DNA of 64,000 nucleotides from assembly GCF_001194135.2 (NCBI RefSeq), contig NC_068981.1, forward strand, positions 198,822,314-198,886,313. The letters are read 5' to 3'. The translations under genes and the position numbers were made by a program. The notes under the pieces are model-generated. The model was given only the letters and a program-made list of their open reading frames with translations, was not told where the DNA came from and ran no database searches. This document shows positions 13,081 through 26,100 of this stretch, in pieces (the stretch's first letter is position 1; each line of letters begins with the position of its first letter). The DNA is from Octopus bimaculoides (Eukaryota).

Positions 13081-14556
13081 AGGGAAGTACCTAGGGGTAA
13101 TTGAAGGGGACGGAATCAGGCATTCAATGATGAGGGAAAGGATCAGAAGAGAATGTTATCGCAGGGTGAGAGCAATACTGAAGACAGAGCTGAATGCAAG
13201 AAACAGGATCCAAGTGATCATACCAGTCATGACTTACAGTTTCAATATCGTTAACTGGTCAATTACTAAAATATGTAATCTTGACAGAAAAATACGAAAA
13301 TTGTTGACAATGCGTAGAATGCATCACCCTAAGGCAAATATAGAATGACTTTACCTGCCAAGAAAAGAGGGAGGCCGTGGACTTTTACAACTGGCATCAA
13401 CAAAGAAGATTGCCACAATTGGCCTAGACACCTACCTGAAAAACTCTGGGGACTGGATGTTAAAACTTGTCTCCAAACATGAAAACAAGAAAGCATCTTA
13501 CTCAGTAACAAAACAGGCAAAGGAATATCTAAGTGAATTTCAAATACAACAAATTAGACGTACAAGAAACAAGCACAGAAAAAGCTAAGCATATGAAAAT
13601 CCGTGCTAAATCTGCTGCCTTAGATATTCTGACTGATAAATGGCAAGAAAAAAACTTACAATGGCAAATACTCAAAGAGAGCTAATAATGCTGATGTTGA
13701 CAAAGCCCTTATCCATCAATGGCTAATGGCCTCTGGCTTAAAATCAGAAACAGAAGGGTTTATCATAGCAGCCCAAGATCAATGCCTACTGACAGGAAAC
13801 TACCAAACCAGCATATTAAAGAATGGCAGGTGCCCAACATGTCGTGTATGTCAACAACAAAATGAAACCATTGATCATTTCACAAATTATTCGCTGGGTA
13901 ATTTGTGAAAACTTGGACCTGTCCCATGATAAAAACTGGTGGGAACACAAACCATCTCCAGTGCTTCAAAATGATCACATTTCACTCCTCTGGAACTCAC
14001 CGATCAAACTGACAGAAAGATAGATGCAAATAGGCTAGACATTATATTGAAAGACTTCAGACAAAAATCATGCTTCCTCATTGATATGACTGTCCCAATC
14101 GATATAAACGTATCTATCAAGGCCTACCAAAAACTGAGCAAGTATAAAGATCTTGAAATAGAAATTGGCAAAATGTGGAACCTGAAGACTAAAGCAATAC
14201 CTGTTGTCATAGGTGCCCTGGGAATGATAGCAAAAGGGGTTGATTGCTATCTACTTCAGATACCAGGAAACCCCAAAATGGCAAAAATTCAAAAGATAGT
14301 GCTCATGGGAACTGCCCATATCCTACGCAAAATACTTTCTATGTAATCTCAAATTTTAAAACAAACACATAATTTTCTTATGGTTTCTTAAACATTCTCT
14401 AGAACAACACTATGTACAAAACCAAATATATGGCACCCTAGGCATAACACCAACATGGACTTCTAACTTGTTGTCTCTTGTGGTCTCTGTATGAGACTTG
14501 GAGCCAACTTGTACAAATGCAAAGCAAAAGTCAAACAAAATAGTAATAATAATAAT
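13081..14556 (+). mobile_element. R4/Dong-clade non-LTR retrotransposon with restriction-like endonuclease, 5'-truncated
   Basis: KYLGVIEG..ILKTELNARN, MHHPKANIE..YLPRKEGGRGL, LKSETEGFIIAAQDQ, CPTCRVCQQQNETIDH (zinc knuckle), IDMTVP..KLSKYKDLEIEIGKMWNLKTKAIPVVIGALG..LQKIVLMGTAHILRKIL-like C-terminus; (TAA)n tail at 14539-14556. Confidence 0.9.
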
Positions 14557-15289
14557 CTATGCTACAATGAAGAAAGCTGCTTATTAATTAGATACGTAAG
14601 AATTACTAAAAGTACTAAAAAAAAAGCAATTATTAAAAGCTTGACCATCAGGAAATATTTTTATAAATTCATGTTTTAAAAAATTGCCTATAATTTCAAT
14701 TTCTGAAGATTATTGAATTTTTTAAACTCCAAATTCTCACAAATTTAAATATTCATTACATTCACTGCATCCTATTCCTCGTAACTTCAAATATTTATTG
14801 CATTCACTGCGGAATAGATTTTAATGTTTAATAATAAACATTATCAATTCATTACAGGCAATATTTTACATTTTTATTTCTTGCTTGCCTCTATTTTCAT
14901 TAATGGTAATTTAATAACATCCTATATAACTTTGATACAAGACACAATTTCAANNNNNNNNNNNNNNNNNNNNNNNNNNNNNNNNNNNNNNNNNNNNNNN
15001 NNNNNNNNNNNNNNNNNNNNNNNNNNNNNNNNNNNNNNNNNNNNNNNNNNNNNNNNNNNNNNNNNNNNNNNNNNNNNNNNNNNNNNNNNNNNNNNNNNNN
15101 NNNNNNNNNNNNNNNNNNNNNNNNNNNNNNNNNNNNNNNNNNNNNNNNNNNNNNNNNNNNNNNNNNNNNNNNNNNNNNNGCACTGCTGACGGTAAGTATG
15201 GAAATAAATACGTAAAAAATTAAGATAAAATATACTTTTCCTGAGATATTTCAGCTACATACAAATATCCCTAGGGTTTTAATATTATC

Positions 15290-16140
15290 AAGATGCAACT
15301 GAAAAAGAAAATTTAGCAGCAAAGGCACAATGGCAGAGAGAAAGACAGGCAACTGAATCAGATGAAACCAGGGCAAAGCGACCGAAACAGATGCCTGAAT
15401 ATGCACGGAGATGCAGACATGGTTCTGTTTCTGCTACACATGACCGATTGGTTAGGGTATCTCGAGAGGAGAATATTCTACTTCAAAATAATGGTGTCAG
15501 ATCACAAATTGTTAATGCAACACTAAAAAGATCTTTTCTTTGTGATTATGTGGAAGTAGTGGAGTTGCCAACCAATCTAAGACTTCTTACAGAAGGTCAT
15601 TCTAATCAAAGAGAGTTTGCTAATTACCTTCTTGATGCAGGAAATGGAAACATTTCTGTTGAACAAAGCCCAGGTGAATTCAAAATCAAACTACCCAAAG
15701 ACCTTTGCCTTGAAAGTGGTTCTCTTTCAGATCTATGTGATTTTGTATCTGCTGACTTCAAAAGTAACTTCACAAACCCTGTGTGGCTGGCAAATACGAC
15801 CATTGTTACTCCAACAAATGAAGCAGCACAATTTGTGAATGATTTCCTGTTGACCAGGATCCCTGGGGAGTGAAAAATATACAGAGGCTCAGATACAGTT
15901 GATGATGAAACTCTATACCCAATCGAGTTCATCAACAATCTTACACCATCAGGGTTTCCACCACACATTCTCAAACCGAAGAAAAATATGATGCATAATG
16001 TTTTTGAGAAATTTAGATGCTACTAATGGACACTGCAATGGCACACGCTACATCATTGTCAGTTTACACAATCATGTTATTGAGGCTGAAGTTGCTTCTG
16101 GTCCTTATGGAGGATCAACTCTGCTAATCCCCAAAACATC
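15290..16140 (+). mobile_element. Helitron Rep/Helicase fragment (PIF1 helicase part), pseudogene
   Basis: QIVNATLKRSFL..V.L.TNLRL, FANYLLDAGNG, PVWLANTTIVTPTNEAAQFVND, YPIEFINNLTPSGFPPHIL, LRNLDATNGHCNGTRYI, VIEAEVASG: Helitron-type PIF1 helicase motifs, with a stop at 15871 and frameshifts. Confidence 0.9.
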
Positions 16141-16149
16141 ATAAAAATG

Positions 16150-16487
16150 ATTAGAATTTGGAATCAAATGTGGACAGATTACCAAGTAGCCAGCAGAAAA
16201 CTGCCTGGCGGGTGGTCTTTCTGCCAGTAGTAGTAGTAGTAATAATAATGATGATGATGATGTCCTTGGGGACAGTATCAGAAGGTATCAAAAGGAATAT
16301 AATGGAAATTGGAATAGAATGCTTAATAGAACTGTTACAAAAGGTTTGCCTCCTTGGCACAGCCAGAACAATCAAGAAAGTATTAGATAATTGAAAATAA
16401 AACAGATAGCATGACACTGCAAGCTGCAGGCAGTAAGTCCACTATGCAAGTAAGACTCCAGGAGTTCCAACAAAGCCCAAGTTAAAA

Positions 16488-16523
<36 letters not shown>
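16150..16523 (+). mobile_element. internally deleted R4/Dong-like 3' fragment with (TAA)n tail
   Basis: LESNVDRL, then SLGTVSEGIKRNIMEIGIECLIELLQKVCLLGTARTIKKVLDN*, a short UTR and (TAA)~11. Confidence 0.7.
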
Positions 16524-16525
<2 letters not shown>

Positions 16526-16679
16526 TTAGTAGAAACATCTGGCTTCAAAAGATTGCAGAAACTGTTTTTGTTTCAGGTGCAGAAAACAGAGCCTAACCCA
16601 TCCACTCACTCGGTTTCCTGCCAGTTTCTCCTTTTTAGGGACCCTACAGTCAATATTATCAAGATGAGTCGTAAGGTCA

Positions 16680-16900
16680 TCAAGGTGGTGGGCTGGCAGA
16701 AACGTTAGCATGCCGGACGAAATGCTTAGCAATATTTCGTCTGCCATTACATTCTGAGTTCAAATTCCACCAAGGTTGACTTTGCCTTTCGGGGTCGATA
16801 AATTAAGTACCAGTTATGCACTGGGGTCAATGTAATCAACTTCATCCCTTTGTCTGTCCTTGTTTGTCCCATCTATGTTTAGCCCCATGTGGGCAATAAA
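16680..16900 (+). mobile_element. tRNA-derived SINE (second family)
   Basis: GGCTGGCAGAAACGTTAGC..GAGTTCAAATTCC..TTGACTTTGCCTTTCGGGGTCGATAAATTAAGTACCAG; reverse-oriented relatives at ~29620-30010 and ~32510-32690. Confidence 0.7.
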
Positions 16901-18116
16901 TAAATAAGATGGTAGAATTGCCACAGTGGGAATGTGTGCTGTGTGCAAAGGGTGAAATGGAATGGAGACATTTGGCAAATTCTTCACAAGTTAAAACCTA
17001 ATGACGTCAATTCATCTGGGTAAGCAGTAGGAATCATCATCACCACTATCACCACCATCATTGTTTCTAACGTCCACTTTTCCATGCTTGTAAGGGACTA
17101 ATGGGATTTATTGAGGCAAATTCCCTACCACTGGATGTTCTCCCTCCCAGCAACCTTCACCTGTTTCCAACCAAGGTAATATTTTATCACAACAAGATAT
17201 GTTTCTGCAGAATATTGGAAAGGAATGACCTCACTTGTATAACCACACACAAACATCATTTAATGAATTACATTTCGGTTTGTATCTGTTTGCAGGGTGG
17301 TACATATTCATGGTGTAAGTGATTGGCTCCAAGCTGTTGCTTATCTAAAAATGTCATTATTTCTTATAATGAAGACGTTTGCATTGTTTTGTTATATCGT
17401 ATTCCATTAGTGTCATTTAATGTAACAATGAAAACAGAAAGAAACAACCTTTGTAAATATGGAACAACACCTGACAGTGGCAGTACGTTAGTTCTTGAAA
17501 GATAAAACACACACAAAACCAAAATAAAAACATGTTCCTACAACTTTCAATGGAATTGCAAACATAAGAAGCAGCTGAGAGAAGCAAGAATCAGAAAGTT
17601 TATGAAAACATTTCGCAAGCAAGAAACATGCAGGTGTAATAGAACAACTATTCTCTACACAGCTGTTGAAATCCTTTCACACTCAGTCTGTAATAAGATG
17701 AGTGTATTTAGAAGCCTTAGTTACACAATAAGGAATTGTGTAAAACACATTGGAATGACGAAGAAAATACAAAAATATTAATACAACTGGATCAGGAAAC
17801 TAAATACTTTCTCTCTTACACCTTATAGAAATATGTCTACACACACACACACACACTTTTAATTCCTAAACACTGAGATAGTTTATTTGGTTGAGACTTC
17901 AACAGTCCAGCTTGTTAGGGATACACTTTTTAATATATCAAGGAGACAAAAATTATGATGAAGGCAAGCAGGCCAAAACTTCAAAGTCAGTCAAATTTTT
18001 CTGTGCAAAAGTTAATACAGACTTTACTAAAAGGTTTTAAATTTAATGTTAAATTATCTTTATATGTAACATGACATAAGAACAAACAATGTGTGTGTGT
18101 GTGTGTATATATATAT

Positions 18117-18500
18117 CTATCATCATCATCATCATAATCATCTAATGTCTGTCTTCCATGCTGGAATGGGTTTGACAGTTTGATCCGGGCTAGGAAGCTG
18201 GAAGGCTGCATCAGACCCCAGGCTGATTTGACATGGTTTCTACAGCTGGGTGCCTTTAACACTAACCACCCCAGGAGTGTAATGGGTGCTTTCAGGTGCC
18301 ATTGGCATTAGTGCCAGTTACGTAAGACCAGCATTTCACTTGGTTTGACAGGTCTTCTCAAGCACAGCATTTCACCAAAGGTCTTGGTCACCAGTCATTA
18401 CCTCTGGGGTCCAAAGTTCAAAGATCACGCTTCACATGCTTTCTTGGGTTTGCCTCTACCACAGATTCCCTCCACGGTTAGAGACCGGCACTTCTTTGCA
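18117..18500. mobile_element. (CAT)n-tailed RTE-3'-end/SINE-like interspersed repeat
   Basis: Core TTCCATGCTGG.ATGGG..TGACAGTTTG...TTTCTACAGCTGG.TG.CCTT..TAAC.C.AACCAC recurs at least 10 times in the window. Confidence 0.75.
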
Positions 18501-19283
18501 TAACTCTCTCTCTCTCTCTCTTTCTATATATATACACACACACACACATATATGTATATACTGTTAATAAGGAAAATGAAGAATTCAAACATTCAGACAC
18601 TTTCTGCTTGGTTTATTCATAGTAATTGTCTGACACGTGTTTCGATCGTATCAACTGCAAATTGCTGCATATTTCCATGCAGGGTTTATGCCTAAGTTGT
18701 ACGATCTCTTCAGGGTCAATAAATATGTCATTGTTCAAAGAGAAATTCTCCCTGCAAATCAGGCTTGGTAGTGGTAGTGGTAGTAGTAGTAGTAAATCAT
18801 GTTGTTGAACGATGAGTTGCTATTTCACAACTGATTGTTTGAGTAGAATCTATTAAAATACCACTGGACTATAAGGAATGTAGAATGGTTCAAAGGAAAA
18901 ATGTTCTATAGATAACCACTGCGAAAGGGTCCAGTAAAATTTGTCAACGTCGACAAAGACTGGCACTGGTGCACCCAGATTTTTACACAAACAACCAGTT
19001 GTGACCAGCAACTCATTGCTGAACAACAGGATTTACTCCTACCTTTGCCAATCCTGATTCAAACCAATAACAGGTGGTGGTGGTNNNNNNNNNNNNNNNN
19101 NNNNNNNNNNNNNNNNNNNNNNNNNNGGGGGGGGGGATGGCTGCAGTGTAGTGCAACATTTTGAGAGAAACTCCTGAAAGTTACCATTTTCTTAGTGCAG
19201 CAGAAATGCTTGAATAGTCTGAGTTACAAAAGCTTGGTTTAAAGTTAGGAAACTTTTCACAGAAAATGAAACATTTCTTTAAT

Positions 19284-19376
19284 ATAAAAATAATAGGAAT
19301 AATGATAAAAATAATAGGAATAATGATAAAAATAAAAGGAATAATGATAAAAATAATAGGAATAATGATAAAAATA
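19284..19376. repeat. 21-bp tandem repeat (ATAAAAATAATAGGAATAATG) x ~4.5
   Basis: Directly visible head-to-tail units with one variant. Confidence 0.9.
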
Positions 19377-19885
19377 AAGAAAAAAGAAGAAACAGAACAG
19401 TGAAAACATTTTGAAAAGGTTTTGCCAAGAACATTATCTTTTGAAAGAACACACAAAGCTGGTTGTGTGTGTGTGTGTGTGTGTGTGTGTATAACAGTGC
19501 AGTTGTTTAATCTGTAGACAGCCATATTGTAAACTTCTCTTCAGTTTGGTCAATGTGTCTCAAGTGTATAGATTCAGAGATTGGTCTCTCTTTTATGGAA
19601 TAGGCAGGCCGACAGTCATTCTCTTCCAAGTTTGCAACTCTATTTGATTGTATTGATCAAGGAGCAGGAAAGAAATTGTATGAGCATTTGTAAATCCCTT
19701 TTGCAAGTAATGTTAGAGTTAGCAATAGGAAAAAGTATTGATCTTTACAACCAAGATTCAATTGGTGTGCGATGGGACACACTGGGAGTGATTGGCCCTC
19801 AAGCTGCAAAGTGAAGACTTTCAAACAATATCACTGTTAATAATGAACAATGTGATCACTAACCAAACTTTGTTTAAAATTGGCT

Positions 19886-20067
19886 GAGAGAGAGAGAGAG
19901 AGAGAGGGAGAGAGANNNNNNNNNNNNNNNNNNNNNNNNNNNNNNNNNNNNNNNNNNNNNNNNNNNNNNNNNNNNNNNNNNNNNNNNNNNNNNNNNNNNN
20001 NNNNNNNNNNNNNNNNNNNNNNNNNNNNNNNNNNNNNNNNNNNNNNNNNNNNNNNNNNNNNNNNNNN

Positions 20068-20118
<51 letters not shown>
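19886..20118. repeat. (GA)n microsatellite spanning the gap 19916-20067
   Basis: Directly visible; also (GA)n at 36729-36853. Confidence 0.97.
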
Positions 20119-20124
<6 letters not shown>

Positions 20125-20459
20125 TGGAAATTGATTCGGATATATATATATATATATGAGGAATTGCAAAGAGAAATAAAGCTGCTTATATGTATGTATG
20201 TATGTATGTATATATATACATCTGCATGCAAGTATGTATGTATTTATATGAGGAGAGTTGTAACTTGTTTGAAGCATTGTGATCCAGAAGTCAACGATCA
20301 TTCTTTGGTTGTTGACTTCTGATGATGGGCCATGGTGCATCCAGCCACAGAAACTTTGCCAAAGCAGACATTGGAATCCCATGCAACCAATATGCATGGT
20401 TAATGTTGATGATGATGATGACGACGATATATACAGACATGGATATATATGTATGAGAT

Positions 20460-20760
20460 ATCATCATCATCATCGTTGTTTAACGTCAGCTTTCCATGCT
20501 GGCATGGGTTGGACAGTTTGACTGAGGACTGGTGAGCCAGAAGTTGCACCAGGCTCAATCTGATCTGGCAAAGTTTCTACAGCTGGATGCCCTTCCTAAC
20601 ACCAACCACTCCGAGAGTGTAGTGGGTGCTTTTACATGCCACCGGCACGAGGACCAATCAGGTAGTTCTGGCAACGACCATGCTCAAAAGGTGTTTTTTA
20701 CATGCTACCTGCACGGGAGCTGTTGTTTTTCACGTGCCACACTTATCAAAAAAGAATTTT
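20460..20760. mobile_element. (CAT)n-tailed RTE-3'-end/SINE-like repeat
   Basis: Same core as 18117-18500, well conserved. Other copies at ~3268-3325, 17035-17215, 23130-23345, 23940-24140, 27820-27985, 32380-32455, 37005-37270, 49440-49625, 51240-51400, 51825-52015 and 62860-63030. Confidence 0.8.
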
Positions 20761-22085
20761 ACTAAACATCCTGGTTAAATTCTATTAAGATTTAATTAAG
20801 ACATTCAGTAACAAAGCTATTAACAGTGCTCCACCAATACTGCTTTGAGCAAATATTCTCTTTAATAATCTATGTTTGATGATTCTGTTTAAAAATGTTT
20901 CTAGAAAATTTAGAAGAGCATCTTTCGATTATTTTTAACAGAATCTCTAAAGTGGTCCTAGAAACTGAGAAATAATCATGACAGAAATGTCCAAATTGCT
21001 GTTTGAACAGTTTGTCCGTTGAACTGATATTGAGATCTTTCTCACTACCCCATCTTTTTTCTTCCTCCCCCTTGCCCCACCCCCACTCACTCATGCCATC
21101 AGATTTCCTTTATAACCAACACTTCAAAGAGGTTTTATGTTTGACCAAAGTTCTGATATGGAATTATCAGAAAATAAAAAAAAACTACTTTTTTAACAGC
21201 ATTCAAGATGTAAATAACCCATATTCTCTGATGAATTACTCGACACAAAGAAAGTGTGTGTGCACACGCGCACACACAGAGTGGAACCTTCATTTACAAA
21301 CACATCTCATCATAAACAAATCAGTTTATGAACAATTTTTTGAACAAAAAAATGTCTTGGATAAGGAACAGTGTCTTGAGTAATAAACAGGCAAATGACA
21401 ACAACAGCTGGTTACAGTCTGGGAATATCAGCAGGAGGTAAGCGCCAGTTACTGACTAGTTTTTGCTCAGTGCACATCCCTGCTCAAATTCACTGTTTAT
21501 TCTCTTGAATTACTGGTGGGAAAAATCGTCTCAGTTTACAAGTATTTTGGGTAAGGAATGGCCTCCAAGAAATGAAGTAAATTCTGAGATTCTACTGTGT
21601 GCATATATATATATATGTATGCAAAGTTTAGGTCAATCAAAATATGCTTGTGACATATTTCAACTGCTAAAAAGCAAATTCATTGCAGGTACCATGGAGA
21701 AAATTTTCTCTTATGGTAAAAAAAGTGCAAAAACACCATAATCTGTCCAGTGTCACTCCCTGTCAGGATTCCCAGATATCAATGGTTCTAGCTCCTTAGC
21801 TGTTATCAATGGGAAATACTTAAGAGAGGCAACTCTGGACAGACCTTATCAAAGCTAGAGGTTTAACTAAAATACAGTCAACAACATTGACTGATTTATG
21901 CCATTTGACTACTAGGTCATGGAAATTACAGTAATATTAGCATCAAGCTGTGTTTAGGCATAAGCAAAATTAAGATTAGTCAGAATATGTTTGTGACATA
22001 TTTCAACTGCCAAAAGGCAAATTCACTGCAGTTACCAAGAAGAAAATTTTCTCTTATGGTAAAATGGTAAAAGATGTAAAAATAC

Positions 22086-22118
<33 letters not shown>

Positions 22119-22358
22119 GTATATGAGTGTGTGTGTGTATCCTTGATTTTCAAAGAGAAATCCAGAGAAAAAGTTACCAGGGCAGCCAAATGTCACTTAA
22201 GCACTTAAAGACATTAGCAGCCACATGTACATGTGGTACTAATTCCAAGAAGAAGCGAGACATGTTTTGGAGAATGTAAGAGAAATGGAAAATGGAGACA
22301 AACGCACAATATGTTATTTAAATAACATATTGGGTGTTTCTCTCCATTTTCCATTTCT

Positions 22359-22361
<3 letters not shown>

Positions 22362-22415
<54 letters not shown>
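22362..22415. repeat. (TA)n microsatellite
   Basis: Directly visible; also 7126-7167, 9803-9840 and 40546-40608. Confidence 0.98.
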
Positions 22416-22422
<7 letters not shown>

Positions 22423-25400
22423 CATAAAGGTGTTAAATGAGGCCACAACAAGTACTTAGAGTCATATAGTCTGTCTTCTCTCTTCCACACTGTGATACAT
22501 TTATCGTCAATTCGCTGCACAGCAAACAATAAAAAAAGGAGAATGGGTTATGTTGTGAGCATGTGTGTGTTTGCACATGTAGCTAAGTACTAAGAATCTC
22601 TAGTGCCAAGTCATGGAATATGCCATCTTTCCCATTTTGGTTAATGCCCTACCCACTCCCCCACTGCTGCCACCACCACCACATGCCAGTGGAGTCGATG
22701 TCTGTGTAAAACAGGCAAACAGAAGACAATTTGGTGCAATTAGAATTCTAAATATAAGAAAGCTGATAGTTCTTGAAACAGAGGAGGAGGAGGAGGGGGT
22801 GGGGGGCAAAGAGTATGAAGTGGAGAGCCATGTGTAGTAGAGCTAATTAATTAGGTAGTTCACATATTTATAACAGTTCTTCGTTAGCTACATCAGGTTT
22901 CTAAATTTGATACCCCACATGTACACAAGCAGAAATAGAAAATCATATCAAATTTTGTTTTTGTTTTTTCTTACATATTTTTCATTTGGTCATAAAACAA
23001 GGTGTTCCCAGGCCATAGCCGTTTACAGTGGATTGTCACTGAAGAGGCCAGGTACTTAGTTTTTAGTTATAAGGAAAATATGGTGTGGGAAGGACACAGT
23101 TGTATGGTAGAAGGACTGGTATGCGGTCTGCGAGGTAACAGCGTTAAAGCACTGGTGCTGGCACCGCATCAAAAGCAATCAGTCCACTCTGTAAAGTGGT
23201 TGACATTAGGAAGGGCAACCATCTGTAGAGACCGAACTGAAACAATGGGACCTGGTATGACTGTTGACCTTTTAAGCTCTGGTCAAACTGTCCAGCCCAT
23301 GCCAGCATGGAAACTGATGCTAAGTAAAGATAATGATGATGTTATCCATGTTCCTTTTGATTGCAAATATTTTACCATCACGAGAGTTTTCTTTCAAACT
23401 CAAGACTTTGTCTTGAGTTTGTCTCCCCCCCCCCCCCTCCTTTCTCTCCCTCCACTTCCCTAAGCTTTTACTCAATGGCAAATACAAGCCCAGCCACTTA
23501 ACATGTTAAATGTTACACATGAAATGACATATTTAACAGTAAACATATCGAATCAGCAGAAAAATCTTTGAGAAAATTCCCAGAAAACTGTGCTTTATTA
23601 CTGGCAGGAATGAGAGAATATTTAGAAGTCATTATCTTTAATTAATTACTTATCAGAGTTTGAGATATAATGAGCCATATTGAAAAATGCAGCAGAAGTG
23701 GTTGGTAAAAGGTTTTGCTGACCAAGAAAAAGTTCTCTGGCTGCTGCTGCTGCTGCTGTCTGGGATGAAAACAAAATAAAAGAACAATTGCAGAGAGGAG
23801 AGTAAACTGTTTCATGGGCGGAGGGTTGTGGAGAAACAGTTTCTTATTTAACACAAGATTCATTTGTTTAAAACTTCTTGAAGTAGATTTTGGCGTTGCA
23901 AAAAAATGTGAAACTTGTACGAGAAATCCTGAGTTTCATCATCATCATTATTATTATTATTATTATTGTCATCATTTTATGTCTGCTCTCTATGCTACCA
24001 TGGGTTTGATGGTTCAACAGACATGCTTTCTATGGCTGGATGTCCTTCCAAACACCAACCACTTTACAAAGTGTACTGGGTGCTTTTCAGGGCACCATGA
24101 CTAGTGAGGGTCACCTTGGTCCCTCTCCATGACTGAAAGGGTAAAATAGGGGCCAGAGTAATGATTTGAAGAGATGCCATTAGAGAAGATAAAGTAATTT
24201 TGAGAAGAAGAGATTTACTGTTGCGATAAGATAATTGTGGAGAGGATAATAGGGAAGGAGGGAGGTAAAAATGGTTCTAATGTGAGATCCTTGTCCATTT
24301 GTATGTTATTGACGGCACCTTAACATTCTTGTCACCACTATTATGATGTGGCAGTATTCTGCATCTTACCATCTTTCACTCGTCTATCATGCTATCGCTG
24401 ACAGCTCTGCAAGACAATGACTTTAAAATGTCTACTTTGATGGTAATTTGAACTCATATGTATAACATAACTGACACAGACTCCAACTGAGAGCTTGTAC
24501 AATGACTCTACTCTTACTGATCTCCTACAATGACTGTCTGACTTTATAGTGGCTGACCATACCACTTTGTCACATGGAGAGGAGAGTACCATTTTCACTA
24601 CAACAAAAATGGAGAAAAAAAATGTACTGTCTTTTTCTTTTAGACTAAGTGCAATTAATGTTTGTAGGGGAAGAATTAATAGTTTTAGCAGATTATTTCT
24701 TAATCTGGAGAAATGAAAAACAGAATAGAACACAGTAAAATGTTGAAGAACGAAACCTAAAAGTGAAATGCACAGTGTCCGTCATTTCAGCCGGTTCTCT
24801 GACATCAAAACTGTCAGGTATTTTGGTATTTCAATTCTTTACCAAAAACTGTCAAAATATCTCTACAACAAGGAATATATTGAGAGTTTCCATTGTTAGA
24901 AAGAATTTCAAAGACATGAGAGAAGACAGCTTTATGTCACCTGGAGAGGAATGTATAGAGTTGATAACAGAGCAGAAATAACATCACAAAAATGAGAAAG
25001 AGGAACAGGGAGATCCTTAAGGGGACATTGAAATAGAAAAGACCTGACAGCTCCTAGTCTACAGCCATTGATACATTAAACATAACAAACTTTATAGCCA
25101 AGTGATTAGCACCAAATATCTAAAAGAAGAGATTTTTAGCCAGTATTCTTTGCCTAAGAATAAATTAAAGTTATCAAAAGTTTATGTATATCATTAACAA
25201 CGATGTTTATTAATGATGAAAATTAGAAAAGATTTTTCAGTAATTATTTAGGGAAAAATGCATCCCTTTACATGGAATTACATTTCTTTCTTTCTGTCTG
25301 TCTTTTCACTTATTATACATACATTTGAAAGACCAGAAAACCCAGCATTAACGAATTGCAATCAAAATCTGGAAAGTAACTACTTTGTTAGGTTCACTTC

Positions 25401-25559
25401 CATACAGTGTGAGCTGAGTGTTTGTGACCACAATTTACTAGGCTCAAAAATGAAAGATGTCCCAACATTATGTTGTGTGGTAATGTAACAAATTTGTACT
25501 TTCTAATTTCTCATTCAAATGTATGATGATGATGATGATACATAAACATGGCAGATTAC

Positions 25560-26100
25560 AATCTGGGAGAGGAAATGAAAAGGTATTTGAGGTTCATAGC
25601 TCTTGCTACCAATCCCAGTGATGCAGACATCATCAGCTGCTTGAACCAAGCAGGGTCCTTTGTGTTCAGAATTAAGAAAAGAGCTGGAGGCCTTTAGCAA
25701 GGACATGCCATGTGTGTGAAAGAGAAAGTAGCATAAGCAACAGCGTGACATTGTCAGGACAACTGTGTTTGCCCAGCAAGTTTAGCACATCATCAACAAC
25801 ATCCATGGAGAAGGGGGGGTTGTCAAAGGCCATCACTTAGCAGTATAAGGGGTAGGAGTCCAGTATTGGATTTGTGATGCATGAGGACATCAGGGACCAA
25901 TTCTATAAACTACAAAGAAAATGCAAGTAATTCATGACTGACAAAACCTAGGAGAATGTGATCATGGGACTCCCGATTCTCATTATTGGAATCCCTCGAC
26001 TGCTGTGCTGATAGAATCATTGATGGTTGGGCCAAATTACATTCTTGTAGTCTCATAGGGACCATTATTGACAGTGAGGGTAGTTCTGTTAAATAGTCTG
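25560..26100 (+). mobile_element. possible highly decayed Penelope-like RT remnant
   Basis: DQFYKLQRK followed by GLPILIIG..SLDCCADRI resembles PLE P.FY.LPKIHK..GRPIISG...TERI; very degenerate. Confidence 0.3.

Noticed and set aside
17296-17314. Plus-strand 19-nt microexon (tttgcag|...|gtaagt)
   Set aside because: Length is not a multiple of three, there is no partner exon or plus-strand gene, and such matches are expected by chance.
19181-19525. Hydrophobic 114 aa ORF (IIIPIIF repeats) as a membrane protein
   Set aside because: It is a translation of the 21-bp tandem repeat and (CA)n.
21475-21551. Plus-strand exon candidate
   Set aside because: One frame ends GKIVSVYKYFG, typical of decayed LINE RT (..YKYLG); likely a TE remnant.
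24370-24706. Minus-strand exon-like segment with good AG/GT sites
   Set aside because: All frames from either acceptor hit stops before the donor, and there is no CDS similarity.
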